Shown: positions 38,416 to 47,948, numbered from the stretch's first letter. The stretch: DNA of 63,721 nt from a virus (IMGVR_UViG_3300033273_000571:1-63721); one strand, 5' to 3'. A program made the numbers and translations. The notes: generated by a model from the letters alone, not told the origin.

Positions 38416-39594
38416 TTAGCTATTACTAATCGACAACGAGGCGATGTTTCTACCAGACTTATGTCCGTATGTAGTATTTGGACTATAATCATAAGATGCA
38501 TCAAATGTTACGCTAGCTGGGTTAGCAGCTGCGTTAGCTAAAAATGTTGCATCCGTAGTATTACGAGTATCATCAAACGCGCAATTAGTAACTCTAACAT
38601 GAGTAGTACTACCTGAGTATCTAGATTTCCATGTATTATAATTAACAAATGAACAATGATCAAATCTGACACGGTTCGTACTTGTATTTCCGTTATCATA
38701 TACCCAAGAGACATCACCATTATTATTATCAAATATTACATTACGCATAAATCCACAGCCATCTCCATTAGATGTACCTCTAACCAACGCAGAAACATAG
38801 TTTGTAGTTGATGTATCGTTACGTACTATTCTCATGTTAGCCAAATGGTTTTTACCGCTCGTTCCGCCACCAAAAATAGGCTTATCACGAGCAGAGGTAT
38901 GATCAATTGTAAGAACAACAGCATTTGATGAATCGCCATTACCGACAATAGCAATTTCCTTTGTTCTAAATGGATCTGAATAATAAGTTTCACCAGATGG
39001 TACAGTTGCATCAACTTTGTATGTTCCTGGTGCTAGTACTAAGATATCACCATCACTCGCATTATCGATATCTGTATTGAGCAAGTATTCACTTCCATCA
39101 TTTGTAATAGATGTCTTAGTACCACTTGTTAATGCTAGATATAAAGTAGCATATGAATCACCCCAACCACTAACTACAGGATCAGCAGCATTTGATTGAC
39201 GAGCAATAACGTAAGCGCTATCTACAATACCTTCAATATAAGCGCTATCTACAATACCTTCAATATAAGCGCTATCAATAATTCCTAAAACAGCAGCAGA
39301 ATCTACTTTTGCATTAATAAGACTTAGTAATGTATTATAAGCATCACTATCATCATTTAATGCTGCAGCAATTTCATTTAACGTATCTAGTGTACCAGGT
39401 GCACCATCAACTAAATTATTCACCTGTGTAGTAACATACGATTGAGTCGCGTATGAGCCAGAAGTTAACATACCAGTAACTCCGGTCGAATCTAGTCCAC
39501 CTCCTGCACCTTCAGCAAGGCCTGATGCTGTAATGTTTCCGTCAGTATTTAAATCACGAACTAGTTTTGCTAGGTTTAAACTTTTTGATGCCAT
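38416..39594 (-). CDS. fibre/tailspike-like protein with pectin-lyase-like beta-helix C-terminus
   Basis: LVDGAPGTLDTLNEIAAALND fibre motif; DSAY repeats; GDILVLAPGTY. Confidence 0.7.
   Translation of the reverse strand: MASKSLNLAKLVRDLNTDGNITASGLAEGAGGGLDSTGVTGMLTSGSYATQSYVTTQVNNLVDGAPGTLDTLNEIAAALNDDSDAYNTLLSLINAKVDSAAVLGIIDSAYIEGIVDSAYIEGIVDSAYVIARQSNAADPVVSGWGDSYATLYLALTSGTKTSITNDGSEYLLNTDIDNASDGDILVLAPGTYKVDATVPSGETYYSDPFRTKEIAIVGNGDSSNAVVLTIDHTSARDKPIFGGGTSGKNHLANMRIVRNDTSTTNYVSALVRGTSNGDGCGFMRNVIFDNNNGDVSWVYDNGNTSTNRVRFDHCSFVNYNTWKSRYSGSTTHVRVTNCAFDDTRNTTDATFLANAAANPASVTFDASYDYSPNTTYGHKSGRNIASLSISNS
39212..39276. repeat. 27-bp tandem repeat, about 2.4 copies (DSAYIEGIV)
   Basis: taagcgctatctacaataccttcaata twice plus taagcgctatc. 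Confidence 0.9.
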
Positions 39595-39622
39595 ACTCTT
39601 ATCTCGAAAAAGTGAATATTAT

Positions 39623-40117
39623 CTATTTATACACTTCTTCAAGTCTAGCGAACAAATATTCTTCAAGATCGTCTTCATTTGCTTGATACCGAATACCGAT
39701 ACCACCTTTAGATTCCCATGCTCTAATGTTAGATGGCTTGTCATCAATCAAGATATTTGGCATTCCATCAAGTGGATTTGTTGCATAGTTTTCTTTGCGA
39801 CCAGTCACGATAAACCGATCAGCACCTGGAAACCATCCATGTTCTTCTAACCAACGACGTTTCCAGTAGGCTGAGTTATCACGATCACCACGTAATGGTG
39901 ATGTATTAATTGCCCAGTCTTCTCCGCGCGTGATCTCACGCACGTGCTGAATTAATTGTTCAGACGTTTCAAACGGATCAAGTGTGTAAAAGAAGTTTGT
40001 TCCTTGAAGATCAAGAATCGATTTTTCTTTTACTTGTTTCCAATGTGGTACTCCGTGAAACCGTTCGAGGCCTCCGAAGAAGTCGGCGATTACGCCATCC
40101 ATATCTACATATATCAT
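39623..40117 (-). CDS. HAD-family 5'(3')-deoxyribonucleotidase
   Basis: DMDGVIADF, LIDD, W...GGIGI. Confidence 0.85.
   Translation of the reverse strand: MIYVDMDGVIADFFGGLERFHGVPHWKQVKEKSILDLQGTNFFYTLDPFETSEQLIQHVREITRGEDWAINTSPLRGDRDNSAYWKRRWLEEHGWFPGADRFIVTGRKENYATNPLDGMPNILIDDKPSNIRAWESKGGIGIRYQANEDDLEEYLFARLEEVYK
39624..39631 (-). promoter_or_regulatory. T4-type late promoter for the fibre cassette
   Basis: TATAAATA 30 nt upstream of 39594. Confidence 0.75.
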
Positions 40118-40118
40118 A

Positions 40119-40505
40119 TTATTCCTCTCTTATCCATACTGAATCGGTAGCAAGTCTAAAACTACCGAGAAATTCAAATTCATAACCTTTGCCCCATTCG
40201 TGTGGAGCAATCATGCTAACCCAAGTTTCGCCATCATAATTTCTATAGAGATGGTAGACTTCGCCAACTTTTGGGTTAAACCGTATATTTGCCTGGTAGA
40301 TTAGCTCATTATCTGCAGCAGTCTCTACCAGTTTCTTAAATTCTTGTTCAAGCTCTTCGTACCGAGTCTTGAGTTTATTCTGTGCTTCCTTAACCTTGAC
40401 TTCACGATAGTCTTTTGTGTCAGGCAACGTGATCGCTGGAGCAGCAACGTTGTCACCATATGCCATTGTCATTTTGTTGTCTGCTACGCGATCTGGTTTC
40501 TTCAT
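40119..40505 (-). CDS. DUF2452-like protein
   Basis: F.PKVGEVYHLY, SMIAPHEW, FLGSFRL. Confidence 0.65.
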   Translation of the reverse strand: MKKPDRVADNKMTMAYGDNVAAPAITLPDTKDYREVKVKEAQNKLKTRYEELEQEFKKLVETAADNELIYQANIRFNPKVGEVYHLYRNYDGETWVSMIAPHEWGKGYEFEFLGSFRLATDSVWIREE

Positions 40506-40768
40506 AATAGATGCCTAAGTAGTGCGGTGAAGAGCATAAAGCCCATCACGGAATTAAGAATAATAAGAGCTCGGTCTTTCCAAGCAAGAGATACATATAG
40601 CCAACCTGCAGTCCCAAGCCAGCTAAAAACAACATCGTAAATTCGAGGGACTTCATCTACAGACCTACATGCAACTGCAATTAAAACAAAGACCGTGGCT
40701 ATCCACTTAATGTAGTAGACATAGCCAGTGGTCTTGATGAGAGTGACGTCATCAGAGGGCTTCTTCAC
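40502..40768 (-). CDS. small membrane protein
   Basis: three TM segments; WKDRALIILN. Confidence 0.7.
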   Translation of the reverse strand: MKKPSDDVTLIKTTGYVYYIKWIATVFVLIAVACRSVDEVPRIYDVVFSWLGTAGWLYVSLAWKDRALIILNSVMGFMLFTALLRHLL

Positions 40769-40953
40769 GAAGCCTCCCGATACTCTTCCATCTTGATCAG
40801 ATGCGCCATGTAAACGGTTAGCATCTGAACAGACTTGAGTGATGACTCGTACTCAAACAAAGCAGTCTCAAAATTCTTGATCTGCTCATCGTCAAAGGCA
40901 TTCTTTGCAATGCCATCCATCAGAACCTTTTTGAATTCGTTTGAAATATTCAT
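40765..40953 (-). CDS. hypothetical protein
   Basis: ATGA overlaps with neighbours. Confidence 0.6.
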   Translation of the reverse strand: MNISNEFKKVLMDGIAKNAFDDEQIKNFETALFEYESSLKSVQMLTVYMAHLIKMEEYREAS

Positions 40954-41369
40954 ACTGTAATCTCTCCATTTTTCACTGCATTCTTGAAAGTCTTGTAATC
41001 TTTGAACATGAACTCAACAAGCTCACGCTTACCATCTTTCTCTTCGAACTTCCAGAACTCACACTTACCTTTTAGGTGGTCGTAGCCAAGCGAAGGTGCA
41101 ACACCACAGATCATTTCATCTGTCTCGATATCGATAACACGGAAGTCATCATACAAAGAACCAACGCCAGGGCAATTGTTCTTGAAGATCACATAGTTCT
41201 TATCACCATCGATAACACCCATCTTTACAAGATAAGCAACACGACCTTTGAGCTTGAGCATGCGTGACTTTAAACCTTTGTCACGGCAGAACCAGTCAAA
41301 GAAACCAAAGCAATCGTTTTCAGTAGCCAGTGGGTTTGCCAAGAACTCGTTGATTGTCATATTCATAAT
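40950..41369 (-). CDS. hypothetical early protein
   Basis: GAGGAG SD and early promoter; FFDWFC, FKNNCP..G.LYDDFR. Confidence 0.7.
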   Translation of the reverse strand: MMNMTINEFLANPLATENDCFGFFDWFCRDKGLKSRMLKLKGRVAYLVKMGVIDGDKNYVIFKNNCPGVGSLYDDFRVIDIETDEMICGVAPSLGYDHLKGKCEFWKFEEKDGKRELVEFMFKDYKTFKNAVKNGEITV

Positions 41370-41394
41370 GTATCTCCTCATTGATTATGGTACC

Positions 41395-41423
41395 ATTATA
41401 CCAAATCTTCAGGATAAGTACAC
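41395..41423 (-). promoter_or_regulatory. early promoter
   Basis: TGTACT-N17-TATAAT-GGTACC. Confidence 0.8.
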
Positions 41424-41472
41424 AGTTTTGATACATTTTTGTAACATTAATGTTTACTTAAATATCAATAAC

Positions 41473-42141
41473 TTATGGCCAAAACTTACGGGAATTATAT
41501 TCTTTAATAGTATTATGTAGCATCTCTGTCCAGTTATCACGATGCTCTTTGAATACAAGAGGTTCGTGGCCGTCTACGTCCATGACGACGGCCAGATTTG
41601 TGACAGGCATCCCAGTCCTTTCTTCAAACATGATTGCATAAGCAGCCATTTGACAGAAGTAATTTGAGATCTTTTCCTTTTTCTTGGGATATCGTGATGT
41701 CTTCCAATCTAAAATTGAAACTACACCATCGAACTCGCCAATACAGTCGCAACGCCCAGCCAAACCCAGGTGACGACTATATAAAGGAACTTCAATCCCA
41801 AAGATACGTCCGATCCGATTGTCCAAGATCGGCTGAACGTTCGCGAGACTTTGTCTGATATGCGGCAGATATTCTGTTGTATCTTTTCCATCCAAGTAAT
41901 CCTCAATGATTGAATGAACTTTCGTACCCCGTGAGGCGGCACGACCACTTACCCGATTCGCTTCTTCTTCACCAACGCGCTCACGCCATTTTGCAATGGC
42001 TTCTTCGTTAAGGATTGAAAGCACCGACGTGACGGACGGGAAATCTCCGTCTGGCGTATTATATATACGTTTATTGTTTAAAATTTGTGCATCTAGATCA
42101 TCGTAACCTAAATTAATATCAACTTTTTCAAAGGTTCTCAT
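41473..42141 (-). CDS. Cas4-like PD-(D/E)xK exonuclease
   Basis: PSVTSVL, RGTKVH, AGRCDCI, DWKTS, Q..AYA. Confidence 0.85.
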   Translation of the reverse strand: MRTFEKVDINLGYDDLDAQILNNKRIYNTPDGDFPSVTSVLSILNEEAIAKWRERVGEEEANRVSGRAASRGTKVHSIIEDYLDGKDTTEYLPHIRQSLANVQPILDNRIGRIFGIEVPLYSRHLGLAGRCDCIGEFDGVVSILDWKTSRYPKKKEKISNYFCQMAAYAIMFEERTGMPVTNLAVVMDVDGHEPLVFKEHRDNWTEMLHNTIKEYNSRKFWP

Positions 42142-42371
42142 ACTTTAATCGTGTTACCACGTCCACTTCCTTTCTTAATATTTTTTAAATGATCTTGCCA
42201 TTCTGATCCTGCACGAGTCATAACACTTTTAGTATCAGTTACCATATTAGGTGCTTTCAACAAATGTTTTAAATTTGGTTCTGCTTCTAACATTTTTTGT
42301 AGAGTCTCGTATGAACATGTTTGCTCAAACTCATCTCCGGTTTCTTCATTCCTTAAAACATATGTTGGCAT
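42138..42371 (-). CDS. FmdB-like small protein
   Basis: MPTY.LRNEETG.EFE. Confidence 0.65.
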   Translation of the reverse strand: MPTYVLRNEETGDEFEQTCSYETLQKMLEAEPNLKHLLKAPNMVTDTKSVMTRAGSEWQDHLKNIKKGSGRGNTIKV

Positions 42372-42580
42372 TACTCTTCTATCTCCCACCTTGATTGATA
42401 TTCTAGTGCATGTCTGCAGGCGTGTATGTAATCTTTATCTTCTTCTGATAAGACAGACCAGAATTTAGTAATAGTATATATGTGCTCATCAACTTCAAAC
42501 TGTCTCTCTAAGTGTTTGTTGGACTCCATCATTTCCTGTAATTTGTCCATTCTGACTTTGATCTTGTCTCTGACTCCCAT
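42371..42580 (-). CDS. hypothetical protein
   Basis: KFWSVLSEEDKDYI. Confidence 0.6.
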   Translation of the reverse strand: MGVRDKIKVRMDKLQEMMESNKHLERQFEVDEHIYTITKFWSVLSEEDKDYIHACRHALEYQSRWEIEE

Positions 42581-43121
42581 TAAACCACTCCGGAATTGGT
42601 CGTTTGGTCCAGTTCATGCTGAACCTTTCTTGTTTTGTTTGATAGAACATTCTATAAGATTTCACTGGATCATCGTGGAACATACATTCAGGATTTGAAC
42701 CCATTGCCAATCGGAATGGTGTCATTGGTCCTTCTTTAATATTCCGTGGTAATTCCATTAGATGTGGAATCAATTCTGATGATTTGTGCACTTTACCATA
42801 ACGATAAGTGTATTCATCACAAAGAGCAACAAAATGAACAAGGTGCCAACCATAATTAGTAGTTGATTCCATTGTCCATTGTGTGCATGGATGACCGACA
42901 TGTACTGCACTGTAAAGATTTTCTTCACGTGCACCGGTCAAACGCCAATACTTTTGATTTGTTTTACCGGACTTTGAAGGCCGTAAAATTTCGATACCAT
43001 CAAGCACACGATGTGCAGTTGATAGCATTTGCGCTGATTCGACAACCATCTTGACAACGTGTTTGTCACATTGAAGACGAGCTGCTTTATCTGGATCTGT
43101 GTCAAGGATAAAAAGATTCAT
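42495..43121 (-). CDS. pyrimidine-dimer DNA glycosylase (DenV-like)
   Basis: MNLFILD, CDKHVVKM..ESAQMLSTAH, H..HPCT.W, EYTYRYGKVH. Confidence 0.75.
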   Translation of the reverse strand: MNLFILDTDPDKAARLQCDKHVVKMVVESAQMLSTAHRVLDGIEILRPSKSGKTNQKYWRLTGAREENLYSAVHVGHPCTQWTMESTTNYGWHLVHFVALCDEYTYRYGKVHKSSELIPHLMELPRNIKEGPMTPFRLAMGSNPECMFHDDPVKSYRMFYQTKQERFSMNWTKRPIPEWFNGSQRQDQSQNGQITGNDGVQQTLRETV

Positions 43122-43128
43122 AATGTAT

Positions 43129-43157
43129 ATTATACCACGTATTAGTCTTTAAGTAAA
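43129..43157 (-). promoter_or_regulatory. early promoter
   Basis: TTTACT-N17-TATAAT. Confidence 0.65.
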
Positions 43158-43558
43158 CCAGGAAATGCTTCATTCACAATTGGTCGTGTCAATGGTTTTG
43201 GCGTTACTTTATTGATCATGTTAACAACTAATTCTGCATCTTTAGGATGGATACCTTCTAGCACACCAATAAAGATACGCTCACGTTTGAACGCAGGAAG
43301 ACTGTCGCCTTTTCCACCATGCACAAAGTAAATAAACTTTTTATTTTCACGTAGAAGAGACGACGGCGCTGATTGCTCTTCAGCAGCCGTATAAGGAGGA
43401 GTACCACCAGGTAGATTCCACTTAATAGTATTATCCATTGCACCACGGATAATATCTTTCAATGCCCATGATTCGTGTTGCTTCAATAATGCTACACGCT
43501 CTTTTTTATTTTTTGCTTCGTTTAGTTTTTCGAAGACTTCGAATGGTAATAAAGCCAT
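43142..43558 (-). CDS. hypothetical protein conserved next to rnh in T4-like phages
   Basis: LPGGTPPY, RERIFI..LEGIHP.DAEL, EAFPGL. Confidence 0.7.
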   Translation of the reverse strand: MALLPFEVFEKLNEAKNKKERVALLKQHESWALKDIIRGAMDNTIKWNLPGGTPPYTAAEEQSAPSSLLRENKKFIYFVHGGKGDSLPAFKRERIFIGVLEGIHPKDAELVVNMINKVTPKPLTRPIVNEAFPGLLKD

Positions 43559-44403
43559 TAGATAAATTCCTCTATGCATTCAATCAACATTTTGCATTGT
43601 TTATTTATTAGGTATGGAAGTACCTTACCTTTGTTGTTCCATGGATCCTGTTTATTAAACGATTCTAAGATAGATTCTTTTAGATGTGTTGGTGTTCGAG
43701 TTAGATCAATCAACATTTGATTACGTTGCCAGTTCCTCCACCATGGTTTCGAAGTATCGGTCGCTTCCACACCATCCAAGATCTCACATAACTTCTTCTT
43801 AGTAACTGGAGTCTGACGTAGACCTTCGACAAATACGTTATCATCAGATAATACATTAGGAACACCATCACCTGCGTCACCCTTTGCAATATGTTCTGCA
43901 AGCTTAAGACGTGCATGGTCTTCCTTGATAAATTTCTTAGTAAGTGGTGAGAACTGTGCAACATGATCGAATCTCTGTAATTGAGCAAAGTCTTTATCGG
44001 CTGAAATAATCATAACAGGTTCATAGTTACCAAATTCATTTGTATTCTCTACAAGAGTACCAATCACATCATCGGCCTCACAACCTTCGATATGAACTAC
44101 TTTATAGGGCATATTCTCACGGATCTCTTCACGTACCATATTGAGAATGCGGAATGCTTCACCCCAATCAAAGGTAGACTCTTCACGATTCTTACGACGG
44201 TTTGCTTTGTACTGAGGAAAAGCACCACGTCTCCAGTTATTAGGTCCATCAGCAGCAATCACTACCTCACCATATTCTTTGTGAAACTTAGAACGATACA
44301 TACGTATGGTATTCAAAATCATATGCCTGATCATATCTTCATTCAATTCTTTTTGAACAACGATAGAACCTAAGGCGATACCATTATAGTCAATAATAAT
44401 CAT
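43558..44403 (-). CDS. rnh: RNase H / 5'-3' exonuclease
   Basis: YKANR, EADDVIG, SADKDF.QL, GDAGDGVPN. Confidence 0.9.
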   Translation of the reverse strand: MIIIDYNGIALGSIVVQKELNEDMIRHMILNTIRMYRSKFHKEYGEVVIAADGPNNWRRGAFPQYKANRRKNREESTFDWGEAFRILNMVREEIRENMPYKVVHIEGCEADDVIGTLVENTNEFGNYEPVMIISADKDFAQLQRFDHVAQFSPLTKKFIKEDHARLKLAEHIAKGDAGDGVPNVLSDDNVFVEGLRQTPVTKKKLCEILDGVEATDTSKPWWRNWQRNQMLIDLTRTPTHLKESILESFNKQDPWNNKGKVLPYLINKQCKMLIECIEEFI

Positions 44404-44436
44404 GGGTACTCCATCTGCCCGGTGAACAACTAATCT

Positions 44437-44465
44437 ATTATACAGCGAAACTTAGGAAATGTACA
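44437..44465 (-). promoter_or_regulatory. early promoter (rnh)
   Basis: TGTACA-N17-TATAAT. Confidence 0.75.
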
Positions 44466-44867
44466 CTATTTTTTTAAGTGTGATGCATGAATTTTACAAC
44501 CAATGAAAGCATTGTAATATTCATCTGAGAGTAGAACGTCATGTTCAAATTGAAGTTTTGCTTCATAGTAAGAGCATTCGCCCTTGGTCCTACAAAGCTT
44601 TAGGATTTCTCTTTTGTAATTGTCGTGTCCTTTGGATTCCACAAGTCGCTGGACTTCGACGCTCGAACCAAAATAATCACGCCAATCTGACTCAACTCGA
44701 GTACGGACTCGGCGTTTACGAGTTTTTGTAACTGGTAGTACCTTGGGACGCCAGAAGAATTTTTTACCGATGTATTTCTTACCGGTATCGAGCTCCGTGA
44801 TTTGATACACGAAGCCCTGGTATTCATCTGGCGTGTCAAGGAAAGGTTTGTCTTCATATAACCACAT
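44466..44867 (-). CDS. GIY-YIG (Seg-like) nuclease-domain protein
   Basis: GFVYQIT...KKYIGKK, ESDWRDYFGS, REIL, YYN; start reassigned to MWLY. Confidence 0.8.
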   Translation of the reverse strand: MWLYEDKPFLDTPDEYQGFVYQITELDTGKKYIGKKFFWRPKVLPVTKTRKRRVRTRVESDWRDYFGSSVEVQRLVESKGHDNYKREILKLCRTKGECSYYEAKLQFEHDVLLSDEYYNAFIGCKIHASHLKK

Positions 44868-44871
44868 GCAT

Positions 44872-45012
44872 TTATATATCATCCCCTTCGGATAGATCCT
44901 CCGGTTCAACACGGCGGCCACAAGCGGGGCAAAATGATACGTCAGCGTGTCCCTCAATGACAACATGCGACTCAGTATCACATTCCTCACACATTATTCT
45001 CCATGTATTCAT
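44872..45012 (-). CDS. small zinc-ribbon protein
   Basis: hand translation MNTWRIMCEECDT...FCPACGRRVE... (46 aa); ATGA overlap with nrdB. Confidence 0.7.
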   Translation of the reverse strand: MNTWRIMCEECDTESHVVIEGHADVSFCPACGRRVEPEDLSEGDDI

Positions 45013-45968
45013 GCAACGTTTTCCCAGCCCCAGTCGCCTTCCATACCGTTAACTGAGTATTCAGTTACACGCTTCTCAAAGAAATTATCATGAGATGCAC
45101 CATTCAATACCCAATCCAGCCATGGAAGTGGATTGTCTTTGACTCCAAACTTTGGCTTCATACCAAGCTGCAGTAACCGACGGTCAGCAATATGACGGAT
45201 GTATTGCTTGACTTCTTCTTTTGTCAAACCTTGAACATCATGACCATTATATGCTAGGTCAATAAACTTGTCTTCAAGCTTGACTGCATTACGTGCCATA
45301 GTATAGATCTTTGATTTAAGTTCGTCATTGACAATCCGTGGATGTTCTTCACAGAACTCACGGAATAGCTTTGAGTTACCTTGTACGTGCAATGTCTCAT
45401 CACGGATAGACCACTCAACAATAGTACCCATACCTTTCATCTTACCGAAACGTTGGAAGTTAAGTAGCATTACAAACGATGCAAAGACTGCTAGGCCTTC
45501 ATTAAATACAGATTGTGCCAAAGCAAGAGCAAGGCCACCGTGACTGCTAGTATCTCCATTCGACATGAAGTCAATTTTGTCAGCCATTTCTTTATATTCG
45601 AGAAACGCATGATATTCCTCATCTGGTAAACCAAGTGTGTCATTCAACAAAGCATACGCTCTCTGGTGTACACCTTCGCGTGATGCAAAAGATGACAACA
45701 TGTTACGTACTTCGTTGTTCTTAAATTTAGGAATCAAAAACTCATGATAGTTTTCACCAACCTGAACATCAGATTGTGTAAAGAGTCTGAGTACTTGTGT
45801 AATAAATTCTTTTTCAGAATCATCAAGCTTGGTTCTCCAATCTTGTACGTCTTCTGATAGTTCAGCCTCATCTTCAATCCAATGAATCTCCTCATGCTTC
45901 TTAGTAAGCTCAACGGCCCATGGATAGTTAAACGGCTTATATGTTTTTGAAATATTTAATAGTGACAT
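45009..45968 (-). CDS. nrdB: class I ribonucleotide reductase beta subunit
   Basis: FTQSDVQV, REGVHQRAY, EG...FASF, WSIRDETLH, NFFE.RVTEY. Confidence 0.95.
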   Translation of the reverse strand: MSLLNISKTYKPFNYPWAVELTKKHEEIHWIEDEAELSEDVQDWRTKLDDSEKEFITQVLRLFTQSDVQVGENYHEFLIPKFKNNEVRNMLSSFASREGVHQRAYALLNDTLGLPDEEYHAFLEYKEMADKIDFMSNGDTSSHGGLALALAQSVFNEGLAVFASFVMLLNFQRFGKMKGMGTIVEWSIRDETLHVQGNSKLFREFCEEHPRIVNDELKSKIYTMARNAVKLEDKFIDLAYNGHDVQGLTKEEVKQYIRHIADRRLLQLGMKPKFGVKDNPLPWLDWVLNGASHDNFFEKRVTEYSVNGMEGDWGWENVA

Positions 45969-47948
45969 TTATCCCTCGCACGCTCGGCATTCGTCTGTTT
46001 CTAGTGTGATTGGTTTATTGAAATGTTCCATCAATTCGTCATATCCGCCAACGTATTGACCTTCAATGTAGATTTGTGGAACTGTTTTTACTTTACGGCC
46101 TGTGACTTCTGCTGCAGTCTTGCCGATTTCTTCTAGATCAATATACTCATAGTGAACGCCACGCATTTCGAGTTCGTCTTTAGCTTGAGCACAGAAAGGA
46201 CAATTTGCCTTACCGTAAACTAAAGTTCTCATATCATCCTGTAACGCAACTCGTTCTACTTTTTCTGAAACGTTCTCAGCCCGAGATTTAGCTTCAGTCC
46301 GTAGATAGTATAATCCCTTAAGCTTTTCTTTCCAAGCCTTGAGGTGGACTTTATTGACATAAGCTTTGTCCGCACCCGCAGGGAAGAATAGGTTAACCGA
46401 CTGGCCTTGACAAATAAATGGTTGGCGGTCAGCGGCATGTTGTACAACCCAAGACTGATCGAGTTCCTGCGCAGTCTTAAAAACTGCTTTCTCACCCTCA
46501 GTGAGTTCCGGAAGGTGTTGCACCGACCCTTTGTTAGTGATAATCGACGACCAGGTTGCTTCATTATTTATACCATGTGCTTCAAGAACCGGTTCAAGAT
46601 ACACATTTTTTACAAGATGCGACCCTGCACGAGTTCGATGTGTGTATGCATTCGCCTTGAGAGGCTCGATTGAGGGCGATGTCCCAAGGATAAGTCCAGA
46701 ACTTGCGTTAGGAGCAATTGCCAATAAGTGAGCGAAACGTAAGCCGGTACCAAGTCCATCAGGATATTCTCCTCTTTCTAATGCAAGCTTTTCAGATTGC
46801 GCAACTGCTTTAGTCTTGATTGTATTAAAGACAACTTTATTGATCTCTTGAGCATGAGCACTCTCCCAAGCAACGCCATGTTTGTGGAGTAGTGAGTGGA
46901 AGCCCATCGCTCCCAGACCAATTGATCGTTCTCTTTCTGCAGAATAACGAGCTCGTGCAATTTCATCTGGTGCGTTTTCAATAAAGTACTCAAGTACGTT
47001 GTCCAGCATCGTGATGAGATCTTCGACAATAGTGGTATTCTTCCACTCATCGTAGAACTCCAGATTGAGAGATGATAGGCAACACACCGCAGTACGATCA
47101 GCGCCGGTAGGTAGATGAATCTCATTACATAAGTTTGAGCCATGGATCTTTAACCCTTTATCCTTCAGAGCTTGAGGCAAATGTCTATTTGCTTCATCAA
47201 TAAAATTCAAATAAGGCTCGCCTGTACGGAAACGAACTTCGATAATACGTTCCCACAACTTACGAGCATTCACTGTTTCAGCAACCTTGCCTTTACCAGG
47301 ATCAACTAGATCCCAATCTTTATTATCTATCACGGCCTGCATAAATGCATCTGTAATATTAATTGCATTATGTAGATTCAGGGCTTTACGTTGTACATCA
47401 CCAGTCGGAATTCTCATATTGAGGAACTCAACAATATCTGGGTGAGACACATCCATGTAAGCAGCGTAAGATCCCTTACGTGTCTTACCTTGACGATAAG
47501 CAATCATGTCAGCATCGACAGTATGAAGAAACGGAATCGGTCCAGGTGCTTTATCGGATACTGTTCTTACAGACGACCAATGTCCACCAACGCCACCACC
47601 AAGTACAGAAAGCCACCGAAGTTCAGAACTGTGATCAATAAGACCGTCCAATGTGTCTGGAACATACGTAAGGAAACACGATATTGGTAGTCCCTTATCA
47701 TTTGCGACACCATTTGGTGCGTTAGATAACACTGGACTGGCAAACATAAACCAACGGCGAGATACGTAATCATAAAGACGTTCAGCCAATCTTTCATCCA
47801 TTATTCCTTGATATGTTGACCATGCTTTAGATGCGCGCATGTATGCTTCTTGTGGAGACTTTTCATGACCGCGCATATAGAAATCTTTGAGCATCCCTAC
47901 TGCATAGTCTGTTAATAGGTCATCTCGTTTCTTATCGATTTTTAACAT
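45969..47948 (-). CDS. nrdA: class I ribonucleotide reductase alpha subunit with inserted glutaredoxin domain
   Basis: PISCF, SNLCNEI, CCLSS, APNASS, LYYLR; then CPFC...TVPQI..GGY; terminal CRAC. Confidence 0.95.
   Translation of the reverse strand: MLKIDKKRDDLLTDYAVGMLKDFYMRGHEKSPQEAYMRASKAWSTYQGIMDERLAERLYDYVSRRWFMFASPVLSNAPNGVANDKGLPISCFLTYVPDTLDGLIDHSSELRWLSVLGGGVGGHWSSVRTVSDKAPGPIPFLHTVDADMIAYRQGKTRKGSYAAYMDVSHPDIVEFLNMRIPTGDVQRKALNLHNAINITDAFMQAVIDNKDWDLVDPGKGKVAETVNARKLWERIIEVRFRTGEPYLNFIDEANRHLPQALKDKGLKIHGSNLCNEIHLPTGADRTAVCCLSSLNLEFYDEWKNTTIVEDLITMLDNVLEYFIENAPDEIARARYSAERERSIGLGAMGFHSLLHKHGVAWESAHAQEINKVVFNTIKTKAVAQSEKLALERGEYPDGLGTGLRFAHLLAIAPNASSGLILGTSPSIEPLKANAYTHRTRAGSHLVKNVYLEPVLEAHGINNEATWSSIITNKGSVQHLPELTEGEKAVFKTAQELDQSWVVQHAADRQPFICQGQSVNLFFPAGADKAYVNKVHLKAWKEKLKGLYYLRTEAKSRAENVSEKVERVALQDDMRTLVYGKANCPFCAQAKDELEMRGVHYEYIDLEEIGKTAAEVTGRKVKTVPQIYIEGQYVGGYDELMEHFNKPITLETDECRACEG

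Noticed and set aside
39212-39276. Tandem 27-bp repeat as a possible mini-CRISPR array
   Set aside because: No spacers; it is an in-frame coding duplication
41473-42141. Cas4-like gene as evidence of a CRISPR-Cas system
   Set aside because: Stand-alone exonuclease common in T4-like phages; no array or other cas genes in the window
44466-44990. 174-aa version of the GIY-YIG ORF, or an intron-encoded homing endonuclease
   Set aside because: The upstream part overlaps a better zinc-ribbon ORF (44872..45012); nrdB and rnh are uninterrupted, so no intron is evident
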